The notes beneath the pieces were generated by a model. The model saw only the letters and a list, made by a program, of their open reading frames with translations. It was not told the origin of the DNA and ran no database searches. Source: Alphaproteobacteria bacterium (lineage in GTDB: Bacteria > Pseudomonadota > Alphaproteobacteria > Rickettsiales > VGDC01). From it: 63,641 nt of DNA. The position numbers were made by a program, and so were the translations under genes. This document shows, one piece after another, positions 1 to 9,751 of this stretch. Position 1 is the first letter of the stretch. Each line of letters begins with the position of its first letter. Location of the stretch: NCBI GenBank assembly GCA_022450665.1, contig JAKUPQ010000004.1, positions 1 to 63,641 of the forward strand, in the 5' to 3' direction.

Positions 1-259
1 CAAAACTTGTGGTTGGGTTCGATTCTTTTTTTAACTCACTCAACTCAAAAGCGCGCATAGCATAGGCCACACCTGCGTAGCCATTGCCACTACCAAATGC
101 ATCGTTAGAACGCTCAGCATAAGATAGGTCAGGTATGTTTCTGGCTGCATTGTCGGTATTTTGTGTAGGGTTTTCCTGCTTATCCTTTGGTGATAAGCCG
201 CTGGCAGACTCCGTAGTGTCTCCGCGTTGTTTCATGACATCCTCAACATTACTGCGCAT
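1..259 (-). CDS. N-terminal part of an orphan protein running off the left edge
   Basis: Hand translation gives an open frame from ATG at 259 (MRSNVEDVMKQRGDTTESASGLSPKDKQENPTQ...) to the window edge; the start could also be the next ATG; direct-repeat motif upstream. Confidence 0.45.
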   Translation of the reverse strand, partial: MRSNVEDVMKQRGDTTESASGLSPKDKQENPTQNTDNAARNIPDLSYAERSNDAFGSGNGYAGVAYAMRAFELSELKKESNPTTSF

Positions 260-361
260 TAGCGTTATGCCAGACTTTGCGTCTAGCGTGGTGTTTTCAC
301 CATGATGTGCGCATTTACCTCCACTTTAATTAAATTATATCACGTATTTAAAATGTATTTT

Positions 362-389
362 ATGAAACAAATGTTACAGTTTTGTTACA
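362..389 (-). promoter_or_regulatory. Triple 11-bp-period direct repeat (Pho-box-like / OmpR-family site)
   Basis: Minus strand TGTAAC-AAAAC-TGTAAC-ATTTG-TTTCAT; TATAAT 22 nt downstream (334-339). Confidence 0.6.
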
Positions 390-502
390 GTGCATTTAAC
401 CTACTGTAAAAAAAATGAAAGTAAACCATTTTTTATTTGTAATTTAAATGCAGACGAAAAGTTTAATATATATAAGTCAAAGTTAGCGTAGCAGGGGTAA
501 AT

Positions 503-1279
503 TTAATTCACTTCAAAAAATGCTTTCTGAAGCTCCAGTATTCTTTGAGACAACTGACTCTCTTCTTCCGTTAACTGCGCTAAATGCTCATGTAACGCAC
601 CATAATGCGCAACTTGTTCTTCTGTCTCAAAGAGGGGTTGATAATCTTTAACCCCCATCGCATATGTGTTTATGTAAGAAATAATTCCAAGCAAGCTTTT
701 CACAATGGCGCGCTGATTATCGAAGAACCTTTTCATGGTCATACGCGTATCATGCGATGTACGCATAAATGATTCTTCTATAACTTTTTCATCCGCTGGG
801 TTATCTACAAGCGCTTTCGTTTTGTTTAGCGAGATATCTACAATAGAGTTAAAATTTTTCTCATAGGTATCGACATCTTCTTTCATCTGACGCAGCTTTT
901 GATTTATTACGCTTACTTTCTCATCACTTACGGCGTCATTCACATTAATATGCGGCACAACAGCATTAACACGGGTGGCGTACCACTCACCATGTTCGTA
1001 AAGAGCAGTGGCTGTTTCAATGCCAATTTTAGAGACTTCCTCAAACTTTTTATTATTATAGCTAACATCAGTAGCTTTAGTTTCTGTTCCTTCGTCTAAG
1101 GCTTCCACATGCGCTGATAATTGCTGTTTATATGTGTTCATGTCGTCGCCTAAGCGCTTGTCATTTAACATGAGACTGACTAGCACTACTGCTGCACCCA
1201 ACACTGCGGCTGCGATAAAAGAAGGTAAATGCTTTTTAAGGCATAAAGATTTTTTTTCTTTGTTCATGATACCCAGCAT
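503..1279 (-). CDS. Hypothetical membrane-anchored helical/coiled-coil protein
   Basis: 258-aa ORF with one N-terminal hydrophobic segment followed by helical sequence; no family recognised with confidence. Confidence 0.7.
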   Translation of the reverse strand: MLGIMNKEKKSLCLKKHLPSFIAAAVLGAAVVLVSLMLNDKRLGDDMNTYKQQLSAHVEALDEGTETKATDVSYNNKKFEEVSKIGIETATALYEHGEWYATRVNAVVPHINVNDAVSDEKVSVINQKLRQMKEDVDTYEKNFNSIVDISLNKTKALVDNPADEKVIEESFMRTSHDTRMTMKRFFDNQRAIVKSLLGIISYINTYAMGVKDYQPLFETEEQVAHYGALHEHLAQLTEEESQLSQRILELQKAFFEVN

Positions 1280-1398
1280 TATTGATCAAAAAAAGGTTTT
1301 GCAGCATACAATTAACTGCATTTTGCTAGCGAGTCAAAGTAATGTGGTGGATGAAATGGAGATCTGGGATGGTCTATTCGCCCGAAAGTGGCGGAAAA

Positions 1399-1474
1399 TG
1401 GTGTGCCCTGCAGGGTTCGAACCTGCGACCCTCTGATTAAAAGTCAGATGCTCTACCAGCTGAGCTAAGGGCAC
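1399..1474 (-). tRNA. tRNA-Lys (anticodon UUU)
   Basis: Reverse complement GTGCCCTTAGCTCAGCTGGTAGAGCATCTGACTTTTAATCAGAGGGTCGCAGGTTCGAACCCTGCAGGGCACACCA: 76-nt cloverleaf, TTT anticodon, GTTCGA T-loop, encoded CCA. Confidence 0.98.
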
Positions 1475-1626
1475 ATGCGCCGTATGAATTGGCGTAGGAG
1501 TTACGAAAATAGGAATTATCACGTTTTTGTCAACTTTATTGTGGTTTTTTTTCACTTCTCTTTCGTTGACGCATGTAGCCGAAGGGCGTATCACTTAGGC
1601 AGCGCCTTATATTTAAAGAGATTTCT

Positions 1627-2553
1627 ATGCTTGCTATTGTTTATGCCCTCGCCCCGTTATTTGTCATTTTGTTGAGCGGAATGGGACTGCGCAAAACCGA
1701 ATTTGTAGCTGAGGGGTTTTGGCGTAACCTCGAAAAACTTACTTTTTGGGCATTATTGCCCGCGCTTTTTTTAAAAACCATGGCCGATGCTGATTTTAGC
1801 GGCATGAATTTATTTGCTCCGGTGGCCGCTGCTACTACGTTACTTATGCTTAGTATGGTGATATTAGTGATAATTCGCCGCTTCACCCCGCAAATAGACG
1901 GCCCCGCTTATAGTTCGGTGATTCAGGGTGCTACACGCTTCAATAACTATGTGGGGTTGCCGGTTACATTGTCATTGTTTGGCGAGTCAGGCATTGTGGT
2001 TTATGCCATCATTATTTCTGCACTGATTCCCTTAACAAATATTACGTCGGTGTGGGCGCTTAGCCATTATGCAAGCCACGAAAAACTGCGATGGGCGAAG
2101 CTTGCGCGCCAAATCCTCACCAATCCGCTTATCATTTCCACATTGCTGGGTATCGCGCTTAGCGTCACAGGCATTGGCCTGCCACCGATAATACGCGAGG
2201 TAGTAGTAGCTTTTGCCAATGCATCATTGCTAATGGGGCTGCTCGCTATTGGTGCCAGCATAGACCCCAGCACCGTTAAAACCGATGGCTTTCGTGTGAT
2301 GTATAGCTGTTTTTTAAAGCTTGTTGCTTATCCAGCCTTGGCGATTGCTTGTGGCATGGTGTTTGGCTTAGATGGACTTGGAATGAGCGTGTTGATCTTA
2401 TTCGCAGCCCTGCCCACCGCCACCAGCAGCTATATTCTGGCCGCACAAATGGGCGGCAACGCAAAGCTGATGGCGAATATTGTTGCAACAGAAACGCTAC
2501 TGGCGTTTTTGACAATGCCCGCTTGGTTATGGGTGGCGATGAGAGGATTTTGA
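1627..2553 (+). CDS. AEC (auxin efflux carrier) family transporter
   Basis: 308 aa, about 10 TM segments, motifs LLPALF, NNYVGLP, NPLII, ALPTA. Confidence 0.9.
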   Translation: MLAIVYALAPLFVILLSGMGLRKTEFVAEGFWRNLEKLTFWALLPALFLKTMADADFSGMNLFAPVAAATTLLMLSMVILVIIRRFTPQIDGPAYSSVIQGATRFNNYVGLPVTLSLFGESGIVVYAIIISALIPLTNITSVWALSHYASHEKLRWAKLARQILTNPLIISTLLGIALSVTGIGLPPIIREVVVAFANASLLMGLLAIGASIDPSTVKTDGFRVMYSCFLKLVAYPALAIACGMVFGLDGLGMSVLILFAALPTATSSYILAAQMGGNAKLMANIVATETLLAFLTMPAWLWVAMRGF

Positions 2554-2572
2554 GTTAAACAACTGCCTTCAG

Positions 2573-2590
2573 CTGTCATAAAAGTTTCAT
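2573..2590 (+). promoter_or_regulatory. Pho-box-like direct repeat
   Basis: CTGTCATAAAAGTTTCAT; TATAAT at 2614-2619 (23-nt gap). Confidence 0.6.
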
Positions 2591-2647
2591 TTGTTTACGG
2601 ACAATCTGCCAACTATAATTAGCCGATACAAATCCTTGGAGAAAATC

Positions 2648-3074
2648 ATGGTTCAGAAGCTTATAACTCGTGCACAAGCAGCTGCTGATGCTGGAAACTT
2701 GAAAGATGCCGCCGATATATCTAAAGCTATTATTAGCGGCGACATGTTTAATGCGGGAATGGAGGCCCATGAATTGGCAGGAAAGGGGGGGCTGTGTGGT
2801 TAATGAAGAGCGTGATAACCCCACAGTTAACTCTGTCTTTCTTGACGATGTTAGCGCCATGAGAACATTTATTAGCTCTCATCCGGAAGTACTCGACCAG
2901 CCTGTAGAAGACTCTGGAACAACTATTCCACTTAGAGAGTACTCAGAAAAACATGGGCGTAAAGTTATGGTCGAAGGTATCAAAGATGCAGCAGAAAACC
3001 AATCGCGCCCTGCTGGTATCCAAGCTGCTTTAGATAGCAAGACACAAAAAAGCGGCGAGCAATCATTAGGTTAA
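2648..3074 (+). pseudogene. Orphan gene split by a frameshift in a G7 tract (141 aa if G6)
   Basis: GGAGA RBS and ATG at 2648; the frame stops at 2803; removing one G from 2785-2791 joins it to the 2706..3074 frame (...ELAGKGGCVVNEERDN...). Confidence 0.6.
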
Positions 3075-3155
3075 TATTGTGTTATTCAATGGCCTATGAA
3101 AAGTGTTCTAACTTATAAATTATTTCAGAGCAATTCAAGAAATACACTCAAGCTA

Positions 3156-4298
3156 TTAACCCCTTGGCGATTTTCGTGCAACCTCTGCCTCCCACTCCTC
3201 ATCCCACAATTCTTGCAGGGTGCCTTCCTCAATCGCGGTACGGATTCTGCGCATTAGGGTTTGGTAGTAGTGTAGATTATGTTGCGTCATGAGCATGGCG
3301 CCTAAAATCTCGTCGCAGCGTATGAGGTGGTGAATATAGGCGCGGCTAAACTGTGTGCAGGCATTACACTCACAAGCAGGATCCAGCGGCGTGGGGTCGC
3401 TGGCATGTTTGGCGTTGCGCATGTTTATCTCGCCCTGGCTGGTATATGCGCGAGCATTGCGCGCCACTCGCGTGGGCAACACGCAATCAAACATATCTAC
3501 TCCACGCATAACCGCGCCAATGATATCCAGCGGCTTGCCCACGCCCATTAAATAGCGGGGTTTGTCATCGGGTAGCATGTCGGGGGTATAATCCAAAACC
3601 TCAAACATTTTCTCCTGCCCCTCGCCCACAGCAAGGCCGCCAATGGCATAACCATCAAATCCAATTTCTTTAAGGGCATTGGCAGAAAATTCTCTGTGCT
3701 TAGGAAACACCCCACCCTGATTTATGCCAAATAATCCATAGCCGGTGCGCTGCGTGAAGGCGGCTTTACTGCGGCCTGCCCAGCGCATTGACATTTCCAT
3801 AGACTTCTTAAGCTGCGGCTCCTCGCAAGGATAGGGTGGACACTCATCGAACACCATCGTAATAGTGCTACCTAACAAATGCTGAATTTCAATGCTGCGC
3901 TCTGGCGACACAAAATGCTTACTGCCATCGAGATGGCTACTGAATGTCACGCCTTCTTCCGTGATTTTGCGCAAACCTGCAAGGCTCATCACCTGAAAGC
4001 CACCACTATCGGTGAGGATCGGCTTATGCCAGTTCATGAATTGATGCAATCCGCCTAGTTCGGCAATGCGCTCGGCAGTGGGACGTAGCATGAGATGATA
4101 GGTGTTACCCAACAAAATTTCTGCCCCTGTGGCAGCCACTTCTTCTGGGCGCATGGCTTTAACTGTCGCAGCTGTGCCCACAGGCATAAACACCGGCGTG
4201 TGGATGACGCCATGCGCTGTGTGCAGCTTTCCCAGACGGGCTTTGCCATCGTTTTTGATTTTTTCAAAGTGAAAAGGCTTGGGAGTTTGGAACATCAT
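3156..4298 (-). CDS. tgt: Queuine tRNA-ribosyltransferase
   Basis: Motifs [36 protein letters not shown] and the zinc site CxCxxC. Confidence 0.98.
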   Translation of the reverse strand: MMFQTPKPFHFEKIKNDGKARLGKLHTAHGVIHTPVFMPVGTAATVKAMRPEEVAATGAEILLGNTYHLMLRPTAERIAELGGLHQFMNWHKPILTDSGGFQVMSLAGLRKITEEGVTFSSHLDGSKHFVSPERSIEIQHLLGSTITMVFDECPPYPCEEPQLKKSMEMSMRWAGRSKAAFTQRTGYGLFGINQGGVFPKHREFSANALKEIGFDGYAIGGLAVGEGQEKMFEVLDYTPDMLPDDKPRYLMGVGKPLDIIGAVMRGVDMFDCVLPTRVARNARAYTSQGEINMRNAKHASDPTPLDPACECNACTQFSRAYIHHLIRCDEILGAMLMTQHNLHYYQTLMRRIRTAIEEGTLQELWDEEWEAEVARKSPRG

Positions 4299-5371
4299 AA
4301 ATCCTTACGAAACAGCAGGCAACCATCGCCATAGGAATAAAAGCGATAGTGGTTTTCAATAGCGTGTTGATAGGCAGCGCGCATCTCCTTTAATCCGGCA
4401 AAGGCCGAGACAAGCATAAACAGCGTAGAGCGCGGCAGGTGAAAATTGGTCATTAGCACATCCACCGCCCGAAAGCGATAGCCCGGGGTAATGAATATGC
4501 TGGTCTCACCTACGAAAGGCTGCACCATTCCCTTGTCATCCGTCACACTTTCCAAGACACGCATAGCGGTTGTACCTACGGCAATAATGCGCCCACCACC
4601 TGCTTTAGCAGTGTTAATTGCTGCGGCCTGTTCTGCACTAATCACAATCTCTTCGCTATGCATCTGATGGGCTGTAGTATCGTCCACCTTTACGGGCAAA
4701 AACGTACCTGCGCCAACATGCAACGTTACCTCTACCCGTTTGACACCCATCGCATCAATGTCGGCAAGCAACTCAGGAGTATAATGCAGTCCGGCGGTGG
4801 GGGCTGCTACGGCACCGGCTTCTTTGGCAAACACGGTTTGATAGCGTTCTTCATCGGTGCTATCTGCATCGCGGCGCATATAAGGCGGCAGAGGCATAGC
4901 GCCATAACGGTGGAGTTTTTTTAGCAGCTCCGCACCGCCGCAATCAAACTCCAGCACCACTTCTCCGGTTTCGAGTTTATCGGCACCTGTGGCGTAAAAA
5001 TCTTCGGCAATCGTAAAAACATCTCCTAGACGCAATTTTTTTCCGGGCTTTGCAAATGCCTGCCAGCACTCTTTTTCCCCATCTTGCCTATGGGCTTGTG
5101 TTTGTGCGACATCCACTTTATTTAGCCGCTTATGCAGTGTTACCTCAACTTTTGCTTCGCCGCGCTTGCCCATCAGCCGCGCTGGAATCACGCGAGTGTT
5201 GTTAAACACCATCACATCGCCCTTGCGCAAAAATTGTGGCAAAGATGTAATGCTGGAGTCGGATATGTTTGCGCCATCTACCACAAGCAAACGCGCCGCA
5301 TCACGGGGGGTGACGGGGCGCGTTGCTATGCGTTCTGGCGGCAATTCAAAGTCGAATAGATCGACCTTCAT
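4295..5371 (-). CDS. queA: S-adenosylmethionine:tRNA ribosyltransferase-isomerase
   Basis: [41 protein letters not shown]; start placed at MKVDLF. Confidence 0.98.
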   Translation of the reverse strand: MKVDLFDFELPPERIATRPVTPRDAARLLVVDGANISDSSITSLPQFLRKGDVMVFNNTRVIPARLMGKRGEAKVEVTLHKRLNKVDVAQTQAHRQDGEKECWQAFAKPGKKLRLGDVFTIAEDFYATGADKLETGEVVLEFDCGGAELLKKLHRYGAMPLPPYMRRDADSTDEERYQTVFAKEAGAVAAPTAGLHYTPELLADIDAMGVKRVEVTLHVGAGTFLPVKVDDTTAHQMHSEEIVISAEQAAAINTAKAGGGRIIAVGTTAMRVLESVTDDKGMVQPFVGETSIFITPGYRFRAVDVLMTNFHLPRSTLFMLVSAFAGLKEMRAAYQHAIENHYRFYSYGDGCLLFRKDL

Positions 5372-5384
5372 CGGCCTACCTTTC

Positions 5385-5924
5385 TTATTCTGCGTCTGCA
5401 GCAATCTGCATTTTAATAATTTTATCCGGGCTGCTTACCGCGCCGTTATTGTATGGGCTGCCTTTTTTGATGCCATCTACCAAATCCATACCTTCAACCA
5501 CTTTACCCCAAGCAGTGTATTGGCCATCGAGGTGTGAAGAGTCTGCAAGCATAATAAACCACTGGCTGTTAGCGCTGTGTGGATCTGCGGTGCGAGCCAT
5601 GGAAGTTACGCCGCGCACATGTACAACATCGTTAAATTCAGATTTCAGGTCGGGCTTATCCGAACCACCAGTGCCTGTTCCGGTTGGATCGCCGGTTTGT
5701 GCCATAAATCCTTCAATTACACGGTGAAACACCACACCATCATAAAAACCTTCACGGGTTAATTCTTTGATACGCGCCACATGCTGCGGAGCTTTTTCAG
5801 GATACATTTCAATAACAACGCGGCCATCTTTTAAGTCGAGATACAGCGTATTTTCAGGATCGGCGGCGTTGGCAGAAACAGTCATCATTAGTCCTATTAT
5901 AATTGTGGAAAGTAATTTTAGCAT
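5385..5924 (-). CDS. Exported cyclophilin-type peptidyl-prolyl isomerase
   Basis: Signal peptide, FYDGVVFHRVIEGFMAQTGDP, SMAR, SANSQWFI; GGAGG RBS before MLKLL. Confidence 0.95.
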   Translation of the reverse strand: MLKLLSTIIIGLMMTVSANAADPENTLYLDLKDGRVVIEMYPEKAPQHVARIKELTREGFYDGVVFHRVIEGFMAQTGDPTGTGTGGSDKPDLKSEFNDVVHVRGVTSMARTADPHSANSQWFIMLADSSHLDGQYTAWGKVVEGMDLVDGIKKGSPYNNGAVSSPDKIIKMQIAADAE

Positions 5925-5947
5925 GGATGCCTCCAATAGCGGTTTTG

Positions 5948-6421
5948 TTATACTTGCGTTTGCAAGTAGTTTTCAACACCCAATACTTTAATGAGGTCGA
6001 GCTGCTTGCGCAACCAATCATAGTGCAGCTCTTCGCTTGCCAGAATGTCTTGCAACATGTTTGAGCTGGTAATATCTTTCTCGGCTTCGCAAATTTCAAT
6101 GGCCTGCAACAGGTCTTTATGGGCTTTTTCTTCTAATTTCAAGTCACTTGCCAGCATCTCCTGAGGCAACTCACCAATATGTAATTTACCCAGATCCTGC
6201 AAGTTTGGAATGCCACCAATTAACAAAATGCGTTCGCAAATCTGATCGGCATGCTTCATTTCATCAATGGATTCTTCATATTCTGTAGCTGCAAGCTTAG
6301 CAAAGCCTAAGTGCTTCAGCATTTTTGCATGCAAGAAATATTGATTAATGGCGGTAAGCTCATTTTTTAAAATGACATTGAGAGTTTTTATTACTGCTTT
6401 TGAATGGGCTTGGCTGGTCAT
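5948..6421 (-). CDS. bfr: Bacterioferritin
   Basis: ELTAINQYFLH, ESIDEMKHAD, PNLQDLGKL, ENYLQ. Confidence 0.97.
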   Translation of the reverse strand: MTSQAHSKAVIKTLNVILKNELTAINQYFLHAKMLKHLGFAKLAATEYEESIDEMKHADQICERILLIGGIPNLQDLGKLHIGELPQEMLASDLKLEEKAHKDLLQAIEICEAEKDITSSNMLQDILASEELHYDWLRKQLDLIKVLGVENYLQTQV

Positions 6422-6538
6422 GACTACGCTCTGTTAGAGTTATCTATGACGCAAGGTTATAATTCATGCGCAAACGCCATGCAAGTATTTGTAGATGTTA
6501 TTATATTGCTAGAGCTGCAAAAAAAGAGGCCGCGCTCT

Positions 6539-6727
6539 TTACTGCGAGGCTTCCATCATGGTGATTACCGCTGGATTGGGCAAGGATTCACGCACATAAG
6601 GCACACATTTGCCGCATTGGGGTTTGCAACCATGATGTTTGTACACATCGCTTACGCATTGGGCACCATTTTCGATGGCGGCTGCCATATCTTTTTCTCT
6701 CAGGCAATTGCATAAGCATACAAACAT
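6539..6727 (-). CDS. bfd: Bacterioferritin-associated ferredoxin [2Fe-2S]
   Basis: MFVCLCN...QCGKC motif, directly upstream of bfr. Confidence 0.93.
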   Translation of the reverse strand: MFVCLCNCLREKDMAAAIENGAQCVSDVYKHHGCKPQCGKCVPYVRESLPNPAVITMMEASQ

Positions 6728-6756
6728 GCGGGTTCCTTATTTTGCGCTTTCGTAAT

Positions 6757-6804
6757 TGCGAATGAATTGCATTCACTTAATCACCTTACTGCAACTCATT
6801 CGCA
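6757..6804. promoter_or_regulatory. Two Fur-type iron boxes upstream of bfd-bfr
   Basis: TGCGAATGAATTGCA (6757-6771) and TGCAACTCATTCGCA (6790-6804) are inverted copies (14/15) and resemble alphaproteobacterial Fur/Mur TGC-N9-GCA boxes. Confidence 0.65.
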
Positions 6805-6819
6805 GGCGCAAGAAAAAAC

Positions 6820-7755
6820 TTATATCGCTACATTGGCAACCGAACCTCCTACCTGCCGCACATCACACACTTTTCCCGTAGGAGGATTCACCTCATTTTC
6901 GGTTTCGACTTGTAATGCCCGCGTATTATTTTTGGCATATTCTCTTGCCTCTTTTACCACACGGTTAGCGATTTTAGCGCCAATCGGGCTGGCACCAAAC
7001 TCTGGATGCCACTGCACCCCCAACACAAATTGGTCTTTATATTTTCCATGTTTATCTGGCTCAATTGCTTCAATAATCCCGTCTTCCGAGACAGCAGATT
7101 CCACAAATCCTGCACGAATTTGGTCAACTGCCTGATGATGAAAACTGTTCTCTTTTAGCAAATGCGGGTTTGGTTGATTTCCTGACGGAACAAACAAACT
7201 GTCATTGCCTGCCCCTGCAATGTCAGCAAGAACACTTTCAGGCTTAATATGCACAGCATGTACCGCAACAAAAGGCGGTCTACCCGTGGGGCTATTATTA
7301 TATTCCATTTTCGTTTGATCGTGCTCTAGCGTAATATCCGGCACATGCTGATGTAGTGTGCCGCCATCTGCGGCGTGATTCAACGTATTGAGGCGCTGCA
7401 TACCGGCGCAAACGCCCATAAGCGGCATTTTATTTGCAAGGGCATGTTCAATCATGCCCGTTTCAAATTCTGTACGCGCCTTGTCATTTTCAATATTGGT
7501 TTTATCATGTTTTTTCTGCCCATAGGTGGCAGGATCAATGTCGAGTGGATTCCCCAGAATATAGACAGCGTCCACACTTTCCATGCATTCTTGCAAATAG
7601 CCATCATGTTTTTGTGCCGTATCATAATCATGACCATCAAAAACACGGACTTCTGCGCCGGCAGACACTAACTGAGTATATAATGCTGCAAGAGAATCGT
7701 TTTCGTAACGTTTAGCGCTTATTCCAATAACCGGAATGTTTTCTCGCTTATCCAT
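6820..7755 (-). CDS. Gamma-glutamyl-gamma-aminobutyrate hydrolase-like protein (peptidase C26, class I glutamine amidotransferase fold)
   Basis: DIDPATYG, GVCAGMQ nucleophile, NSFHHQAV, GVQWHPE. Confidence 0.88.
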   Translation of the reverse strand: MDKRENIPVIGISAKRYENDSLAALYTQLVSAGAEVRVFDGHDYDTAQKHDGYLQECMESVDAVYILGNPLDIDPATYGQKKHDKTNIENDKARTEFETGMIEHALANKMPLMGVCAGMQRLNTLNHAADGGTLHQHVPDITLEHDQTKMEYNNSPTGRPPFVAVHAVHIKPESVLADIAGAGNDSLFVPSGNQPNPHLLKENSFHHQAVDQIRAGFVESAVSEDGIIEAIEPDKHGKYKDQFVLGVQWHPEFGASPIGAKIANRVVKEAREYAKNNTRALQVETENEVNPPTGKVCDVRQVGGSVANVAI

Positions 7756-7806
7756 CACTACCCCTCCCTAGCAAACCTATATTTACAAATATTATAGGTG
7801 CATTTC

Positions 7807-7823
7807 ATTACAAAATGATGACA
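7807..7823 (-). promoter_or_regulatory. Pho-box-like direct repeat
   Basis: Minus strand TGTCATCATTTTGTAAT; TATAAT at 7791-7796 (10-nt gap). Confidence 0.6.
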
Positions 7824-7834
7824 CAAGGAAGATT

Positions 7835-8341
7835 TTAGGGATGTTTTGCAAAATATTCGTTAAGTTTTGGCACTACATTTTTAGGCACAAACTCTGAAAT
7901 GTCTCCGCCAAGTCGGCAGATTTGTTTAATAAATCGCGAAGAAATAAAATGTGTGCTTTCACTGGCCGTTAAAAAAACGGTTTCCATTTCGGGGTTAAGC
8001 TTTGCATTAATAGCTGCCATTTGGAATTCATATTCAAAATCTGAAACTGCACGTAACCCACGTAGCAATATGGTGGCATTATTGTCTTTGGCAAAGTTCA
8101 CTAGCAGCCCAGAGAAAGTTTTAACAACAATGCGTTGTTGTTCATTCTCTGGCAGTTCTTTTATAGCATCTCCAATCATCTCAGCACGCATTTGCGGACT
8201 GAAGAAGGGTGATTTCCCCGTATCCAGCGCCACACCCAAAACCAATTGATCTACCACGCGCAAACTGCGTTGAATAATGCCCAGATGTCCATGGGTAATA
8301 GGGTCGAATGTACCGGGGTAGATTCCGATGCGCTGCGTCAT
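7835..8341 (-). CDS. coaD: Phosphopantetheine adenylyltransferase
   Basis: YPGTFDPITHGH, RGLRAVSDFEYE, ISS; start placed at MTQRIG. Confidence 0.97.
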   Translation of the reverse strand: MTQRIGIYPGTFDPITHGHLGIIQRSLRVVDQLVLGVALDTGKSPFFSPQMRAEMIGDAIKELPENEQQRIVVKTFSGLLVNFAKDNNATILLRGLRAVSDFEYEFQMAAINAKLNPEMETVFLTASESTHFISSRFIKQICRLGGDISEFVPKNVVPKLNEYFAKHP

Positions 8342-8436
8342 AACAAGGATTTCCTGATAGGGATTTACTGATATTACAAGCCATAAATAACTGAAAGCCA
8401 CTGCAATTAACAGGTTTTTTATTAAATGCGCTTGCG

Positions 8437-9660
8437 TTACCCACGTCCAATGCTATTGCGAATATTACGACCAACCCGCGATGCTTCTCCCACCAGCTCA
8501 AGTCCTTCGCCTTTAATTCTATCCCACTTATTGGGAAGGAACAATTCGTTGGTAGGGTTGATAGTGCGTGTACCGTTAATCAACCCCTTAACCATTTCCG
8601 GCAAGCGATGGGTGTTTTCCTCTTCGGGCGCGGTTACTGAATAGGTATTTAAACCAATGGTTTTATTGCTTTCCCATTCAGAGGCAATAATATTCGCGGT
8701 TCCCTCGCCGCCTGAGCGGATAGACAGCGTGTTGCGGGTTAGTTGTTGTGGCTCAAGCCCTGTATCTTTGATAATTGCTTCGGCGGCAAGGCTTTCGCCA
8801 AATCCTTCAACAATGGTGAGTTGGGGATTTTTACCAAAAATATGTTGGTTAGCAAATGAATCTTGAATTTTTGCTTTCAGCAATATCCCGCCCGCAGTGC
8901 CGAGAGAATGCGAAAATATAGCGGTATTATTTACTTCCAGCCCCTGCTGCTTAATTTGATCTGTCACCTCGCCCAAAAAATTATCCGCAAATTCATTGGG
9001 TACAAGGCGTTCGGTGTTGCCTGTTATTGCCGCCCATGCGCGATCGTTATTTTCATCGGCGGTCAAGCCTACGGTTCCCATAAATAACGTGCCGCTATTT
9101 TCTTCATAATATGCCACCGCTTTGTTACCAGAAGCTGCATCGTCTAGATTAGCAATGGCTTTGAAGTGCAAAAAATCTTCGGGCTGGGTTTCTTTATATG
9201 GCCGGCCATTCGTAGCAATTAAAAGGGGGTTCTTGATAGCGATATCAATTAGGGGGCCACGATAATCGCAGCTGGCGGAATAACTACCTGAATCCTCATT
9301 GATTTTTGAATTTATTTCAATACCCACATCCTGAGTGATCATGTGGTCGATTCTGCCGGTTGTGCCGCCTTTGCTTAAAATAGACTGCAAAATAACCGAA
9401 GTTTTTCCGGCTGGCTCATTAAATATTGAGGCTATAGCGTGCTGATTTATTTCTGCTGGAGAAGTGGCATCATCGGACAGCACTACATTATAGGCGCTGC
9501 AATTATCCATGGGTGGCAGGTCGTAGTTTTTCGTTGCCGAATCCAGATAAGGAGCCGCCGCTGCGCCACCTTCTACCGCTGCAGCAGCAGCGGCAGCAGT
9601 AGCTGCAGCGCGCAAGAACTTTTGCCGTGCGGTTAAGTTATGTGTGGGCTTTTGATGCAA
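8437..9660 (-). CDS. Orphan protein with a possible alpha/beta-hydrolase nucleophile motif
   Basis: 407-aa ORF; AIFSHSLGTAG resembles a lipase elbow; Ala-rich N-terminus; start codon uncertain. Confidence 0.6.
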   Translation of the reverse strand: MHQKPTHNLTARQKFLRAAATAAAAAAAVEGGAAAAPYLDSATKNYDLPPMDNCSAYNVVLSDDATSPAEINQHAIASIFNEPAGKTSVILQSILSKGGTTGRIDHMITQDVGIEINSKINEDSGSYSASCDYRGPLIDIAIKNPLLIATNGRPYKETQPEDFLHFKAIANLDDAASGNKAVAYYEENSGTLFMGTVGLTADENNDRAWAAITGNTERLVPNEFADNFLGEVTDQIKQQGLEVNNTAIFSHSLGTAGGILLKAKIQDSFANQHIFGKNPQLTIVEGFGESLAAEAIIKDTGLEPQQLTRNTLSIRSGGEGTANIIASEWESNKTIGLNTYSVTAPEEENTHRLPEMVKGLINGTRTINPTNELFLPNKWDRIKGEGLELVGEASRVGRNIRNSIGRG

Positions 9661-9721
9661 ACTCGCCTCGATAATATAATAATAGCGTATGTATTATAGC
9701 CGCTTCACAGCTGCATAAACA

Positions 9722-9738
9722 GTTACGTTATTATTACA
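9722..9738 (-). promoter_or_regulatory. Pho-box-like direct repeat
   Basis: Minus strand TGTAATAATAACGTAAC; TATAAT at 9693-9698 (23-nt gap). Confidence 0.55.
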
Positions 9739-9751
9739 AAGCAATGCGTAG

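Noticed and set aside
1..1398. Genomic island integrated at tRNA-Lys
   Set aside because: AT-rich orphans lie beyond the tRNA 3' end, but no integrase or duplicated att sequence is visible in this window.
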